The position numbers and the translations under genes are program-made. Shown in pieces: positions 39,401-51,326 of a DNA stretch of 64,000 nt (position 1 is the first letter of the stretch; each line of letters starts with the position of its first letter). Source of the stretch: Rhynchobatus australiae (lineage: Eukaryota); assembly GCA_034780895.1 (NCBI GenBank), contig JAUZTB010000127.1:29771807-29835806 (forward strand), given 5' to 3'. The notes beneath the pieces are model-generated. The model saw only the letters and a program-made list of their open reading frames with translations, searched no databases and was not told the DNA's origin.

Positions 39401-41829
39401 AGCATCAGCAGTCTTTGAAGATTGCAGAATTGCTTTATAATTAATGAAAATATTTTTCCTGAAGGAAACTTAGAATATTGTCACAGGCTGACATGTCACG
39501 CAGGTCTTCCCTAGTCTATAAAAGCTGAATCTGATATGAGGGCCCATTATAGCTTTATTAACTATTACTGCTCTCTGAATCGTCATCTTTGCTGTTATCT
39601 ATGAAATACATTCCTCACTGCAATCTTATGTGGCCTCCAGAATATGAAATCGATATGCCCTATAGGGGAGGTAAATGGAGAAGTGTATGGATACATCATC
39701 GTCATTATGTTTGCCGTTGACAGGACTGTGTCCTTTGATTGCTGACATTGATTCCCATTTTATTGCAGATATAAATTGTAGTTGTGGCCCTCTATTTAAT
39801 AGGCTTCTGACATTTCAGAAGGAGNNNNNNNNNNNNNNNNNNNNNNNNNNNNNNNNNNNNNNNNNNNNNNNNNNNNNNNNNNNNNNNNNNNNNNNNNNNN
39901 NNNNNNNNNNNNNNNNNNNNNNNNAGAGCAGCTTTTTCTGTATTATTGCTGTGCAAAATATTATTGTATATATTTTTGTAATGAAAATAGCAATGATAAT
40001 GATGTGACCAAATGCATCATAAAAATCATTCCAATATCCAAAAGCTATATTGGCACAGGACCCTGACAGCTGGTGTTACCAACAGGCATTGACCTAATGC
40101 AATTCAAGTTCTGTTGAATATTCATTGAGCACTATAATCTGTGCTAATTGAAGGTAACTGAATTTGAGCATAATTAACCAAATTAATGCAGAGTACAGAG
40201 AGGATTGGAATATATTTTTTAAAATGTACTTGGTTTTGTTTTTCATCCAGGCTGCATTGATTAGAAATTAATCTGTGCACAAAAAACACATGCTGAAATT
40301 GTGCTATGTATCTGGGGGCTCTTGTACTCTTTTCCCAGTGCTGTTCAGATAAAATTTTTGCGCGCACACTTCATGCGAGGACTTGAATGATTGGAAGATG
40401 TCAATCACAATGCGGTTTCCATTTGTGCATGTCAGGTGGAGGTAATTCTGGAGGGCCTTTTTCCTGCTAAAACTAACCAGTGCTGGTTGGCATTGAGCTT
40501 ACATCAATAAGAAGGTGCCCACAGAATCCAAGCATAGCTGATGTCACTATGTGGCTTGGGGTACCTTAAGCAGCACGGGCACACAGGAGTGGATCCTGCT
40601 TCATTGACACTGACCTTGACGTTCTGGTGGACACTGGAACAGAGACCTTGCACACAATAGGAAGTGGCCAAGTGCTGAAGTGCTAATGGCAGGACGTGGC
40701 CAGAGAGATCAGTGTGAGATTTGCTTGTTCTGCTTCAACAGACACAAGTGAACTGCAGCTGGCTAGGGGAATGGGTAGCTCGTGGCAACTCCCTAGAGGG
40801 TGAAATCGCAGGTGGTCTTGTTCCAGAGGTCAAGGGAGGACTACAATGATGTGTGCATTGAGTGATGGTTGGGGTTTTGCCAGTTTGCCCAGATGAGATG
40901 CCTCTGAGTGTGGGACAGTCCGGCTCCAACGTTGCAAAGAGCTTTACAAGAAGCCTGGAGCCCATTGTTGTCCAGCATGGAAGTGGTGGGCAGCTCCCTT
41001 TAACCAGTGGGAGAACTGACCATGGGGTAATATCTGGTGGCAGAGATCATGGCTTCCATTGTAGGGGAGGCAGAGACTGTCCTGGTATGAGTTGTGCATT
41101 AGAAGCTCTGACAGTTGCTACGCTAGTTCAGACTGCTATAATCACAACTCTTGACTCCAGTGTTCAAAGGAGAGCGATCTGCCTGACAGCAGATTGCTTG
41201 GCCAGATCATGCCCGCCCTTTCCTCTGTGGAGTACAAGTGCAGCGCCCTTTCTCAGGGAGACGGTATTTATGTACTCCTAATACTGCCCTTGCTGTTGCC
41301 AGACTGTTGTTGCCCAGATTGTTACTGTCCGTGGTGCATGCTGAAGCTGGTCAGCCCATACCCAGAGTTACTCATTTCTGCCTTTGTGGACTCAACTCCA
41401 GAGAAACGCCTTTCCACTGTGGAGAGAACACAGGGTTGAAGTGATAGGGCAGACAGAGGCACGTGAAAGGGAAGGCACTGAAGAGATGCATTCGGTTGTT
41501 TTATCAACGATTGACTGGTTTTGGATAATTGGTGGTTTAACAATGTTCAACATTGTTTGTTTGTTGTTTTTTTGACTTGCCTGTTTCTGTGCAAGAGGTG
41601 ACACTGAGATGAGCAGTAACAGAGGAACGCCAACGTAGGAACCATGTCTCTGCTAGGATTCTTTTATTGGAGTTATTCAGCTGAGAAACAGTGCACACTG
41701 CGAGGATCACGTTAGTATTGGATTAAAATGAAAATTCAGAAGGTTCACATGGGTACCCGCAGAGAGTGAAGTCCAGATCATGACTGCTGTCTGAGCAAGA
41801 GGTTTTCCTCGTGTGCCCCTTGTGTCTTG

Positions 41830-42220
41830 TGCCAAAAATGTTTAATTTATGCTCCCTGGTCCTTAAACCATCACAAACTGCCCCATCTCTTATTTACCTT
41901 TTGTACACCTCTATTAAGCCTTCTCTCAACTTTCATTATTGCAAGGACAACAATCCCAGCCTCTCTAGGCTTTCCCTGTAGCTTTAGCCCCTCACCTCTA
42001 GAACCTTCCTAGTAAATCTTTACTGTAACATCTCTTGGATCTTTACATCCTTTCTGGCAACCAAAGTTGAAAGCAATACTCAGTACATAACTTCCCTGCT
42101 TTTGTTCTCTATACTTCTATTTATGAGCACCAGGTTCCCTATGCTTTTCTCAATATGTCCTTCCATTTTCAAGGATTAGTGCACACCTACTCTCATGTCC
42201 CTCTGTTCCTGTGTACTGTT
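41830..42220 (-). mobile_element. Old CR1 3' fragment
   Basis: ttttgtacacctctattaag...aacaatcccagcctctctag pattern shared with other CR1 copies in the window. Confidence 0.55.
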
Positions 42221-43695
42221 TGTGATTCCCCTCTTCGTCAATGGGGAGCATCCATGACTGCAAATTGTGCTCTGGCCATCTGGAATGCGAAATCCAAAGT
42301 GTCAGGTACCTTTATCTCTAAAGGCACAGGTGAATGTTTTGATGTCTGCGTGCAGAAGGTTACCAATCCCTTTCAAAAGTGACTTACAGAACCTCAGACA
42401 GATGGGGATAGAGATGTGGCCCTGTTCACTACCCTTCCCTCTTCCCTGATCCCAGGCTACAGCCTTCTGCCTCTCCCCTTCAGCCATTTCTGTAAGGGCA
42501 ACTTTCCCTTTGCCCCCTTCACCTCCAGTTTCTGGTCAGACTGTAATTTCAGTGGAACCCCTGATAAAGGTTCCAAGTCTGCAGCAAAAAAAAAGCCAAA
42601 CTCAGCACTCAGCCAAAGTCACACCAAGCCCTGTAACCCCAGCCCTCGGCTCCTTATAATGCAATTAGCTCTCCTCCTATTTAGTCACTAGCAAACCTGC
42701 AAGTTATTGGAAGTGTACAGATGCAGGGCTCATCAGACCTGCCTGCCCCTGCATGGCCCACACTAAAGAAGATATGTGAATTAGTTTCGCAGTGTAGGCA
42801 TGACTTGAATTGATGTCAGCACTGTGTGCTCCATGCAGTTTGTTTTTGTACACATTCTGTGCATGGGAGTGTGTGATTATTGATTGTTCTCACCAAAAGG
42901 TCCAATCACATTTGTGTTACAATTCAATCATTTAGGAGTTTAAAAAAAAATGTTTTCTGCATGNNNNNNNNNNNNNNNNNNNNNNNNNNNNNNNNNNNNN
43001 NNNNNNNNNNNNNNNNNNNNNNNNNNNNNNNNNNNNNNNNNNNNNNNNNNNNNNNNNNNNNNNNNNNNNNNNNNNNNNNNNNNNNNNNNNNNNNNNNNNN
43101 NNNNNNNNNNNNNNNNNNNNNNNNNNNNNNNNNNNNNNNNNNNNNNNNNNNNNNNNNNNNNNNNNNNNNNNNNNNNNNNNNNNNNNNNNNNNNNNNNNNN
43201 NNNNNNNAACATGCATTGCGCACTGATTGACAGCATTTCTGCTTTCCCACAGCTCTCTGTATCACATGCATGGAGGTCAGCGACTGTATTTCATTTGAAA
43301 GTGCAACAGCAATTGGTTCTTGCTTTTCTCTTCAATCACAGGGCACATAAAAAGATGATCAACATGACTGAATTTCCAGGCCATGGTTGGTTAAAGGTGA
43401 CCTGCTTCACAGGTAACTTATTTCAATACAAGTAATCCTCAACTTACAAATGTGTGATTTACAAGTTTTCACTAAAATGCCATTGATTCTTGGAGCTTGT
43501 GTCTTTAATTTACGAGTTTATTTTTCACTAAAACAAAGAGTGTCCCACTCTCTGCCCACGGGAATACATTGTACCAAGATACCCACAAAGCATTCTGCCC
43601 AGCCTTTTTGATTAACAACATTTTAATCACTGAGACCCTTTCTAGGTAAATCGAGGAATGCCTGTAGAAGCTAATCAATTTTGTGTCGCCTTTAG

Positions 43696-43897
43696 CTGGG
43701 AAAGGGAGAAAGCAAACCGTTCTGGGAAATGGTTGGAAGAGAAATGGAGCGGGAGGCCTGATAAGGAACATGACGGCGAGGAGTGGGAAGCCAGACTAGC
43801 GGATGAGCCGGGTGTGACTGAACCGCTGGAGGTGACGGTGGCGCGGGAGGAGATCGGCATGCTGCTAACCGAGCAACGAAAAACTGCAGCACTCAAG
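43696..43897 (+). CDS. KIF19: KIF19-family exon (exon 12 equivalent)
   Basis: 202 bp, (D)WEREKANRSGKWLEEKW...EPLEVTVAREEIGMLLTEQRKTAALK, similar to KIF19 WKHEK...EPPEVAAARESI; tttag/gtgagg boundaries. Confidence 0.92.
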
Positions 43898-44120
43898 GTG
43901 AGGAGGGAAATATCTGAGGAACCACCTGCAGTGGTGGATGATGGGAGTAACTTTTAACCACACGGTTTAAATATACCGAATTACAACAAAGCACAAGGGA
44001 ATTCTGTGTGGCAGATGGTGATTAAAACATGTACAAGATATTAAATCCCAGGTTTGCAAAACACAATAGACTAGATCATGATGCCTGGAATCAATACCTG
44101 TGGTCCATGCACTCCTTCAC

Positions 44121-45623
44121 TTAGAGTCATACAGCACAGAAACTGGCTCTTCGGCACACTGAGTCCATGCTGATCATTAAGCACCCATTTACGTTGATCA
44201 CGTGATATTGCCTTCACATTCCCGTCAACTCCTCCCAGATTCTACCACTCACCCACACACTAGCGGCAACTGACAGTGGCCAGCTACCAACCTGCTGCAT
44301 GTCTTTGGAGTGTGGGAGGAAGTCAGAGCATCCAGAGGAAACCTATGAGGTCACAGGGAGAATAAGCAAACTTCACGCAGACAGCTAGAGAAACAAAGGA
44401 CTGCAGATGCCGGAATCTAGATGAAAAACACGATGATACTGGAGGAACTCAGCAGGCCAGGCAGCCTCTGTGGAGAAAAGCAGGTGGTCAACGTTTTGGA
44501 TCAGGACCCTTCTTCAGAACTGAAGATAGGAAAAGGGGAAGCCCAGTATATAGGAGGGAAAAGCAGAGCAGTGATAGGCAGACAAAAGAGGGGAGGCGGG
44601 GTGGGCACAAGGTGGTGATAGGTAGATGCAGGTAAGAGATAGTGATAGGCAGGTGCGGGNNNNNNNNNNNNNNNNNNNNNNNNNNNNNNNNNNNNNNNNN
44701 NNNNNNNNNNNNNNNNNNNNNNNNNNNNNNNNNNNNNNNNNNNNNNNNNNNNNNNNNNNNNNNNNNNNNNNNNNNNNNNNNNNNNNNNNNNNNNNNNNNN
44801 NNNNNNNNNNNNNNNNNNNNNNNNNNNNNNNNNNNNNNNNNNNNNNNNNNNNNNNNNNNNNNNNNNNNNNNNNNNNNNNNNNNNNNNNNNNNNNNNNNNN
44901 NNNNNNNNNNNNNNNNNNNNNNNNNNNNNNNNNNNNNNNNNNNNNNNNNNNNNNNNNNNNNNNNNNNNNNNNNNNNNNNNNNNNNNNNNNNNNNNNNNNN
45001 NNNNNNNNNNNNNNNNNNNNNNNNNNNNNNNNNNNNNNNNNNNNNNNNNNNNNNNNNNNNNNNNNNNNNNNNNNNNNNNNNNNNNNNNNNNNNNNNNNNN
45101 NNNNNNNNNNNNNNNNNNNNNNNNNNNNNNNNNNNNNNNNNNNNNNNNNNNNNNNNNNNNNNNNNNNNNNNNNNNNNNNNNNNNNNNNNNNNNNNNNNNN
45201 NNNNNNNNNNNNNNNNNNNNNNNNNNNNNNNNNNNNNNNNNNNNNNNNNNNNNNNNNNNNNNNNNNNNNNNNNNNNNNNNNNNNNNNNNNNNNNNNNNNN
45301 NNNNNNNNNNNNNNNNNNNNNNNNNNNNNNNNNNNNNNNNNNNNNNNNNNNNNNNNNNNNNNNNNNNNNNNNNNNNNNNNNNNNNNNNNNNNNNNNNNNN
45401 NNNNNNNNNNNNNNNNNNNNNNNNNNNNNNNNNNNNNNNNNNNNNNNNNNNNNNNNNNNNNNNNNNNNNNNNNNNNNNNNNNNNNNNNNNNNNNNNNNNN
45501 NNNNNNNNNNNNNNNNNNNNNCTCCAGCGTCGTTGTGTTTTTCATACAGATCAAAATGGAGGTCAGGGCTGAACCTGGCTCACTGAAGCTGTGAGGCAGC
45601 ACCTCTACTATCTCTGCCACTGT
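44121..45623 (-). mobile_element. HE1-like V-SINE with CR1-derived tail, split by a Penelope-like insertion (SINE parts 44121-44385 and 45558-45623)
   Basis: Tail ttagagtcatacagcacagaaac...; V-domain gtgggaggaagtcagagcatccagaggaaacc; the head resumes as ggaggtcagggctgaacctgg...gtgaggcagc after the insert. Confidence 0.8.
44386..45557. mobile_element. Penelope-like element with inverted termini (mostly gap)
   Basis: Left atctagatgaaaaacacgatgatactggag is mirrored by right ctccagcgtcgttgtgtttttcatacagat; same terminal family as 55392. Confidence 0.75.
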
Positions 45624-45624
45624 T

Positions 45625-46816
45625 GTTGAGGAATGTAATTTTGCTGATTCTGATTGCCTGCAATAGATCCCCAGGTCAATCTGTTCTGAATCCACCCCAT
45701 ATGGTAAAGTGGAGGTGGTGTACAACATGTTAGAGGGTGTCATCTGTGTGAAGGTCGAATGTAGCTTCTGACAAAATTGTGCTCTCCTTCTGGCCCTGTC
45801 ATGTATCTGGGAAATGGTTGGAAGAGAAATGGAGCGGGAGGCCTGTTAAGGAACATTCCCTACAATTGTATCTCTGACAGATGGGTTAGTGTAGACAACG
45901 ATACATTTTTACTTTTGTATTGGTTCTCTCACCATTTGTCCTAGGCCCTGTCTGGCTGCAAGTCCTTCAGTACTTGGCCAGCTCAGTAAGTAGGTGTGCT
46001 ACTGATGGATGTTGAAGTCTACCATCAAAGTACATTCGGTGCCCCTTACACCCACATTGCCTTTTCTAACTGACATTCAACACGGAGGAGAACCGATTCA
46101 CCAATTGAGCTTTGTTAGTAGATGCTAATCAGCCAGAGGTTTCCTTGCCCATGACCTGTGAGGTGGTTTCAAAATTTTATGGGATTCAAAGTCAAGTGTT
46201 GAGGACTGCCATAGCCACTCCCTGCCAACTCTTTGCCAAAATCCCATCATGGTTGGTGTTTCTATCTTGTTGGGTAACCGGACATAGGTATAAATGGTTA
46301 TGAATGTGTCCAGGATGTTAGATGTAAAGTATGATTCCGTGAGGATGACCACAGAATGTTGGTCAACCTGCATGCCACCCTCCCGATTTAGACCCATTCC
46401 CCAAGTATTAATGAAGAGCATTGCTGAGTGTGCCTCTGTCATGTTTGAATCTACTGCTTGAGTCAATGCTGAGTGGTCCATCCAGTTTCGTTCCTCTTGT
46501 ATTCTGTGGTGGTTTGGAAAATTGAAAGGTTTGCCAGGCTTTTTCAGAGGGGAGTTAACAGTCAAACACATTGCTGTGGGTCTGCAGTCACATTTAAACC
46601 AGATGACAGGCATGGATGGCTGGCTTCCAGATGAGCTTTTAAGGCCAGAGCTTCACGCTGGCCACTACTGATCTCTGGTTTTCATTCCTCAGTTAATTAA
46701 AAACAGAATTTAAATTCCCCACCTGCTATTGCATGATTTGTACTCGTGTCTCTGGATGATTAGTCCAGGCCTCTGGATTGCCATTCCAGTAACGTAACCA
46801 CAATGGGTACTGTGCC
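45625..46816 (-). mobile_element. 5' part of an old LINE (APE endonuclease) with tRNA-like head
   Basis: Minus-strand APE motifs VVILTESY, QQDR and VDFNIH; upstream head with degenerate A/B boxes at 46730-46816. Confidence 0.65.
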
Positions 46817-47039
46817 ATTTGATTCACTGATGGTGAGAAGGTCATTAAAGGGTATAGTGGCAGATCTCATGGGACGGGATCTGTTACGTCAGGAGCATCC
46901 CAATCCTAGAAGGCAAATAAATGTTTGCATTTGGAAAAGTTGACAATAACTGTAATGAAAGGAGCTGAAAGAAACACCAGAATCTTGCCCCATATCAAAA
47001 TATCAGTAGGCTAAAGACAATGATAGACGTTTAGCATTA

Positions 47040-47270
47040 GGAAATACAAAGTGTCTTAGGGATGTATTGTCCTCTATTTTCTAACTATAGTGAAAAATCA
47101 CACCAGAACTTGTTTAAATATAGTATATTTTGCCCATTTCCACTTTTCCAAGTGTTGAGTGAGCAAAGACATTGGGAGAATTACCCTGGTCTTCTTTGAC
47201 TGGTGGCATGGGATATTTTGTTTTACTGGCTAGGTGTATGGGGCCTTTGTTTAACATCTTCTTTGAAAAA
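47040..47270 (-). mobile_element. DeuSINE-type fragment
   Basis: ggagaattaccctggtcttctttga...gtggcatgggatatttt...ggggcctttgtttaacatct. Confidence 0.55.
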
Positions 47271-47670
47271 CAAAACTTGTGGCAGTGCAGCAGAGAGCCA
47301 GCAAAGAGGATGTGCTCAAGTCTCAGGAGTGCAGCTTGGAACAGCAACCTTCTAACACCTTGGCTCAATGGGATCTTCAGTGGATGGGCAATCTGCTCTG
47401 CCCAGTCACCTTTGCGGAAGTAAAGGGGAAGGTTAACTGCCACTGGGTTCGGAGACTAAAGTACTGAGAAACTACCCAACTTAGTTGTTGAAAGCAATTC
47501 ACATAGTGATGTTGATGGGATATCCAGAAATAAACCTATGGGTTCAACAATCAGTTCATTGGCGATCAATTATTCATATATATACTTTCTAATTACTTCA
47601 TTTGGACAGAAAGTATGTTTCAGAGTGAAAAGCCAAGCCAATAAATGTCTTTCTTTGCTCTGTTTCTTAG

Positions 47671-47941
47671 TGTGAGTTAGAACAGAAGTTGGAGGAAATC
47701 AAGGTTAAAGTTTCAAAGATGGAGGACTTGCTACCAAAGTGCATCGGTAATAAGGAGCAGCAAGAGATCATGAGTTTGCTCTGTAAAGTTCACGAGCTGG
47801 AGGTGGAGAATACAGAGATCCAGTCAGTTCTGCTGAGGAAAGAGAATCTCCTACAACAAAAAGATTTTGTTGTGCAGCGCTATGAACAACATCGATCGCT
47901 CTGCAGTGAGATTATACAGAAGCAGCAACAGCTGATAAATG
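47671..47941 (+). CDS. KIF19: KIF19-family exon (exon 13 equivalent), stalk coiled coil
   Basis: 271 bp, CELEQKLEEIK...EQQEIMSLLCKVHELEVENTEIQS...YEQHRSLCSEIIQKQQQLIN; cttag/gtacgg boundaries. Confidence 0.95.
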
Positions 47942-48324
47942 GTACGGTAACAGATCAGTTAGAATAATGGATAGAATATGAGGCATATTAATCATTATTG
48001 TCAAGCTTACTGGAGCTGCAGTGGATGAATGCAGAATTGAATCCATTCCGGCTCATTTTATGTCACCCTGACTGCCCTGGTTTAGATGAACCGCGATATT
48101 TTTCCCAAAGTTCAGAACCCAGGCTGATGAAGTTCTCAAAACAAGGCCTAACCAGAGCTGTAAAATAGCTTCCACAGCTTACATATTCTAGCTCCCTTTC
48201 AGTAAAGGTCAACATTCCATTAACCTCTTCAATTATTTTTGTGTGTACTCATTGACTTTTAATGCCTTATATTCTTGGACTGCTGTGTTTCTCTAGAGGT
48301 TCACTGTTCCCAAATTTTCTTGCC

Positions 48325-49530
48325 TATCCCTTGGGATTGAGGATGACTTTCTTCCCCCTAGTTTTGTGTGACTGACGATGCCAAAGTGTAAACCACAGGT
48401 GTCGGCCGCAGGAGGTGCCCGATGGGTAGGTATTTTCTGAGGTAGTGCACTCCTTCTGCTGTTTACATTGGATTTCTATGTACTGCCAATGCATGGATTT
48501 CCCCGTGCCATTTTGNNNNNNNNNNNNNNNNNNNNNNNNNNNNNNNNNNNNNNNNNNNNNNNNNNNNNNNNNNNNNNNNNNNNNNNNNNNNNNNNNNNNN
48601 NNNNNNNNNNNNNNNCGTGCCATTTTGAATATTCCTTCTTCACTTTGCGTGGCCATGGGGCTGGGGATTACCAGGAGTTGGTGGCGATGTGATTTTTTTT
48701 TCATGGAGACCTGAATATTTTCCTGTATCCACCTGGTAATTTCTTCCCATGACAGAGCTTGGAATAGACTCTGTTTTGGGGAGTGTGGTGTCAGGCATGC
48801 TGATTACATGGCCTCCCCAATGGAACTAACTGAGTGTGATGGAGCCTCAGTGATAGGGATGTTGGTCTGAGGGAGAACATTAAGGCTTATCCTTCCAGTG
48901 GATTTGTAAGATTTTGCAGAGGCAGCACTGATGGTATCCTTTCAGTGGCTTGAAGTGTCTGTTGCAGGTAGACCCTGAGCTTTGTGCTGGATTTGAGGTT
49001 CTTGATCTTCAAACACTCTTTTCCTCAGTCAGCCAAAGGCTGTGCTGGTGCACTTAAGGGGATGGTAGGTTTCATCATCAGTGTCTGCTCCTGAGCTCTG
49101 GGAGTTGTCTCAGGTCACATTGTGGACCTTTAATGTCATAAGGTGGCATTATAGAATTGGGCAGGTTGGTAGACAAACTTTGTCTTGTGGATGTTGAGTG
49201 TAAGCTCATCCTCTTGTACGCTTCAGTGAATAAGTCATTGATGACTTGGAGGAGTTTGGTTTCTGAACATGGGGAAATGTGAAATTTATCAGTGTACCAC
49301 AGCTTCTCTACTGTGGTTGGGATGATCCTGGGGTGGGATGATACACATGCCACAGTGAGGAGAACCCTGGAGATGACTTTCCCTGTGTTAGATACCAGCG
49401 AGACCCTTCTGTAGTTACTGCACTTAGATTGGTTTCTGAAAGATTGTCAATTCTTATGGTCACCCTGAGGACCTCTGGCACTCCTTCCTCCTCCAGATGT
49501 GAATAGGGCAATCGTGGATTTGTGAAAATC
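48325..49530 (-). mobile_element. RTE-clade LINE, 3' (RT and C-terminal) segment
   Basis: Minus-strand motifs CSNYRRVSLVSNTGKVISRVLL, YHQCCLCKILQIHWKD and HWGGHVISMPDTTLPKQ. Confidence 0.8.
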
Positions 49531-49535
49531 TTGTG

Positions 49536-49965
49536 TGCCCTGTTTCATCAAAGAGACAAGCACAGGGCATCATGGCAAGGTGCCTAGTCCAGGCACTGGC
49601 TCCTGTTAGCTTATCAACCAAGAATGTCAGCATTACCCATACCACGGTGGGTTCTGATGACGGCTAGACTGATCACTGCCCAATCCTCTCTGTTATCTTC
49701 ACCAGCCTGGCTCTAAAACACCAGTGTCAACTGAAAAATATTGTTACAAGAATGTCAAAGGCAGATCTTCTTGGGCAGCACCTCACAAACTACCCATCAG
49801 CTTTTAGTCAACAGGAGCCATAGAGTTCTGTAGTCTATGGACTGCCCTGAAATAGCACCTGTGAGGAGACTTGTGGCTTTTCTATCAAGAAGAACCAGAA
49901 CTGGTTTAATGAGAATGACCAGGAGATCCAGGAGGTAGTTAACTGCAGATTTAAGGTGTTCCTAG
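49536..49965 (+). mobile_element. RTE-clade LINE, inverted endonuclease/linker segment
   Basis: Plus-strand LFHQRDKHRASWQ..SRHWLL, VSITHTTVGSDDG*TDH and KKNQNWFNENDQEIQE, matching RTE motifs SWxHPRSKHWH, CWTDH and DWFDEND. Confidence 0.78.
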
Positions 49966-50164
49966 ANNNNNNNNNNNNNNNNNNNNNNNNNNNNNNNNNN
50001 NNNNNNNNNNNNNNNNNNNNNNNNNNNNNNNNNNNNNNNNNNNNNNNNNNNNNNNNNNNNNNNNNNNNNNNNNNNNNNNNNNNNNNNNNNNNNNNNNNNN
50101 NNNNNNNNNNNNNNNNNNNNNNNNNNNNNNNNNNNNNNNNNNNNNNNNNNNNNNNNNNNNNNNN

Positions 50165-50257
50165 GGATTAATGTAGGATTAACAGTTAATGATCAGCACG
50201 GACTTCGTGAGTCTCGGGGCCTGTTTCCATGCTGTATCTCTCTGCGAGTCTATGACA
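50165..50257 (+). mobile_element. HE1-like SINE 3' tail
   Basis: gatcagcacggacttcgtg...gggcctgtttccatgctgtatctctct...ctatgac. Confidence 0.65.
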
Positions 50258-50277
50258 GTAAAAAAACAGATGTTAGC

Positions 50278-51170
50278 CCATAAGACCATAGGATATAAGA
50301 GCAGAATTAGGCCATTTGGCCCATTGTGTCTGTCCACCATTCCATCACAGCAGATTTTTTTCCACCCACGTTCTCCTGCCTTCCCCCTGTAACCCTTAAC
50401 CCCTTTACCTATCAATCTCTGCCTTAAATACACCTAATGACTCAACCTTCACAGCCCTCTGTGGCAATGAATTCCACAGATGCACCATCCTTTGGCTGAA
50501 AAAATTTCCTCTTCAGCTCAGTTTCAAAGGGACATCCCTTTATTCTCCGGCTGTGCCCTCGGATCCTAGACTCTCCTATTAAAGGAAACATCGTCTCCAT
50601 GTCCACTCTATCCAGGCCTTTCAGTATTCAGTAGGTTTCAATGAGAAGTCCATTGAGTACAGACCCAAGGACATCATATGCTCCTCATACATTAAGCCTT
50701 TTTTTCCTGGGATCATTCTTGTGAACCTCCTCTGGACGCATATCTTTCCTTAGATATGGGGCCCAAAATTGCTCACAATGTTCCAAATGCAGCCTAACCA
50801 ATGCCTTATAAAGCCTCAGTGGTACGTCCTTGTTTTTATTTTCTAGTCCTCTTGAAATGAATGCTAACATTGCATTTGCCTCCCTTACTGCCGATTTAAC
50901 CTGCATGTTAACCTTAAGAGAATACTGAGCTTGGGCTCCCAAGTCCCTTTACACCTTCAATTTCTGAATTTTCTCCCCATTTAGAATATAGTCTACACCT
51001 TTAGTCTTCCTACCAAAATGCATGACCCCACACTTCCTTACACTGTACTCCTTCTGCCACTTCTTTGCCTATTCTCCCAACCTGTCCAAGTTCTTCTGCA
51101 AACCTCTTGCTTCCACAACAGTACCTGTCCCTCCACCTATCTTTGTATTGTCTGCAAATTTGGCCACAAT
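50278..51170 (-). mobile_element. CR1 LINE 3' part
   Basis: VAKFADNTKIGG; ANAMLAFISRG...LYKALVRLHLEHCEQFWAPYLRKD. Confidence 0.92.
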
Positions 51171-51326
51171 GTTGGGTGGAAGGAGTGCAGAAGCCCACCG
51201 GTTTGCGAATGGCCATGATATGTGTAGGTTCTTCAGTGCTATGAAGGTCAGCTTGTAGTCCAAGTACTCTGAAAGCCAAGAATAGAAGTGAGCTTATCAG
51301 GGACAGAGAAGCAGTCGGCACCAACC
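51171..51326 (+). mobile_element. Continuation of the inverted RTE segment
   Basis: ANGHDMCRFFSAMK and LKAKNRSELIRDREAV, resembling RTE linker ADxxDMRxFFxAxKxxYGP and LxxDxEAV. Confidence 0.65.

Noticed and set aside
40560-41640. GC-richer block with several 70-140 aa ORFs
   Set aside because: No coherent protein; probably a very old LINE remnant (faint C-terminal Cys/His motif on minus near 40700-40760), but not supportable.
44514-45743. Very long ORFs in the track (also 8926-9681, 17778-18415, 42880-43435, 58455-59273)
   Set aside because: They are runs of N translated as X and carry no coding evidence.
48504-48627. cgtgccattttg repeated on both sides of a 100-N gap
   Set aside because: Most likely an unmerged contig overlap rather than a TSD; the RTE sequence reads straight through.
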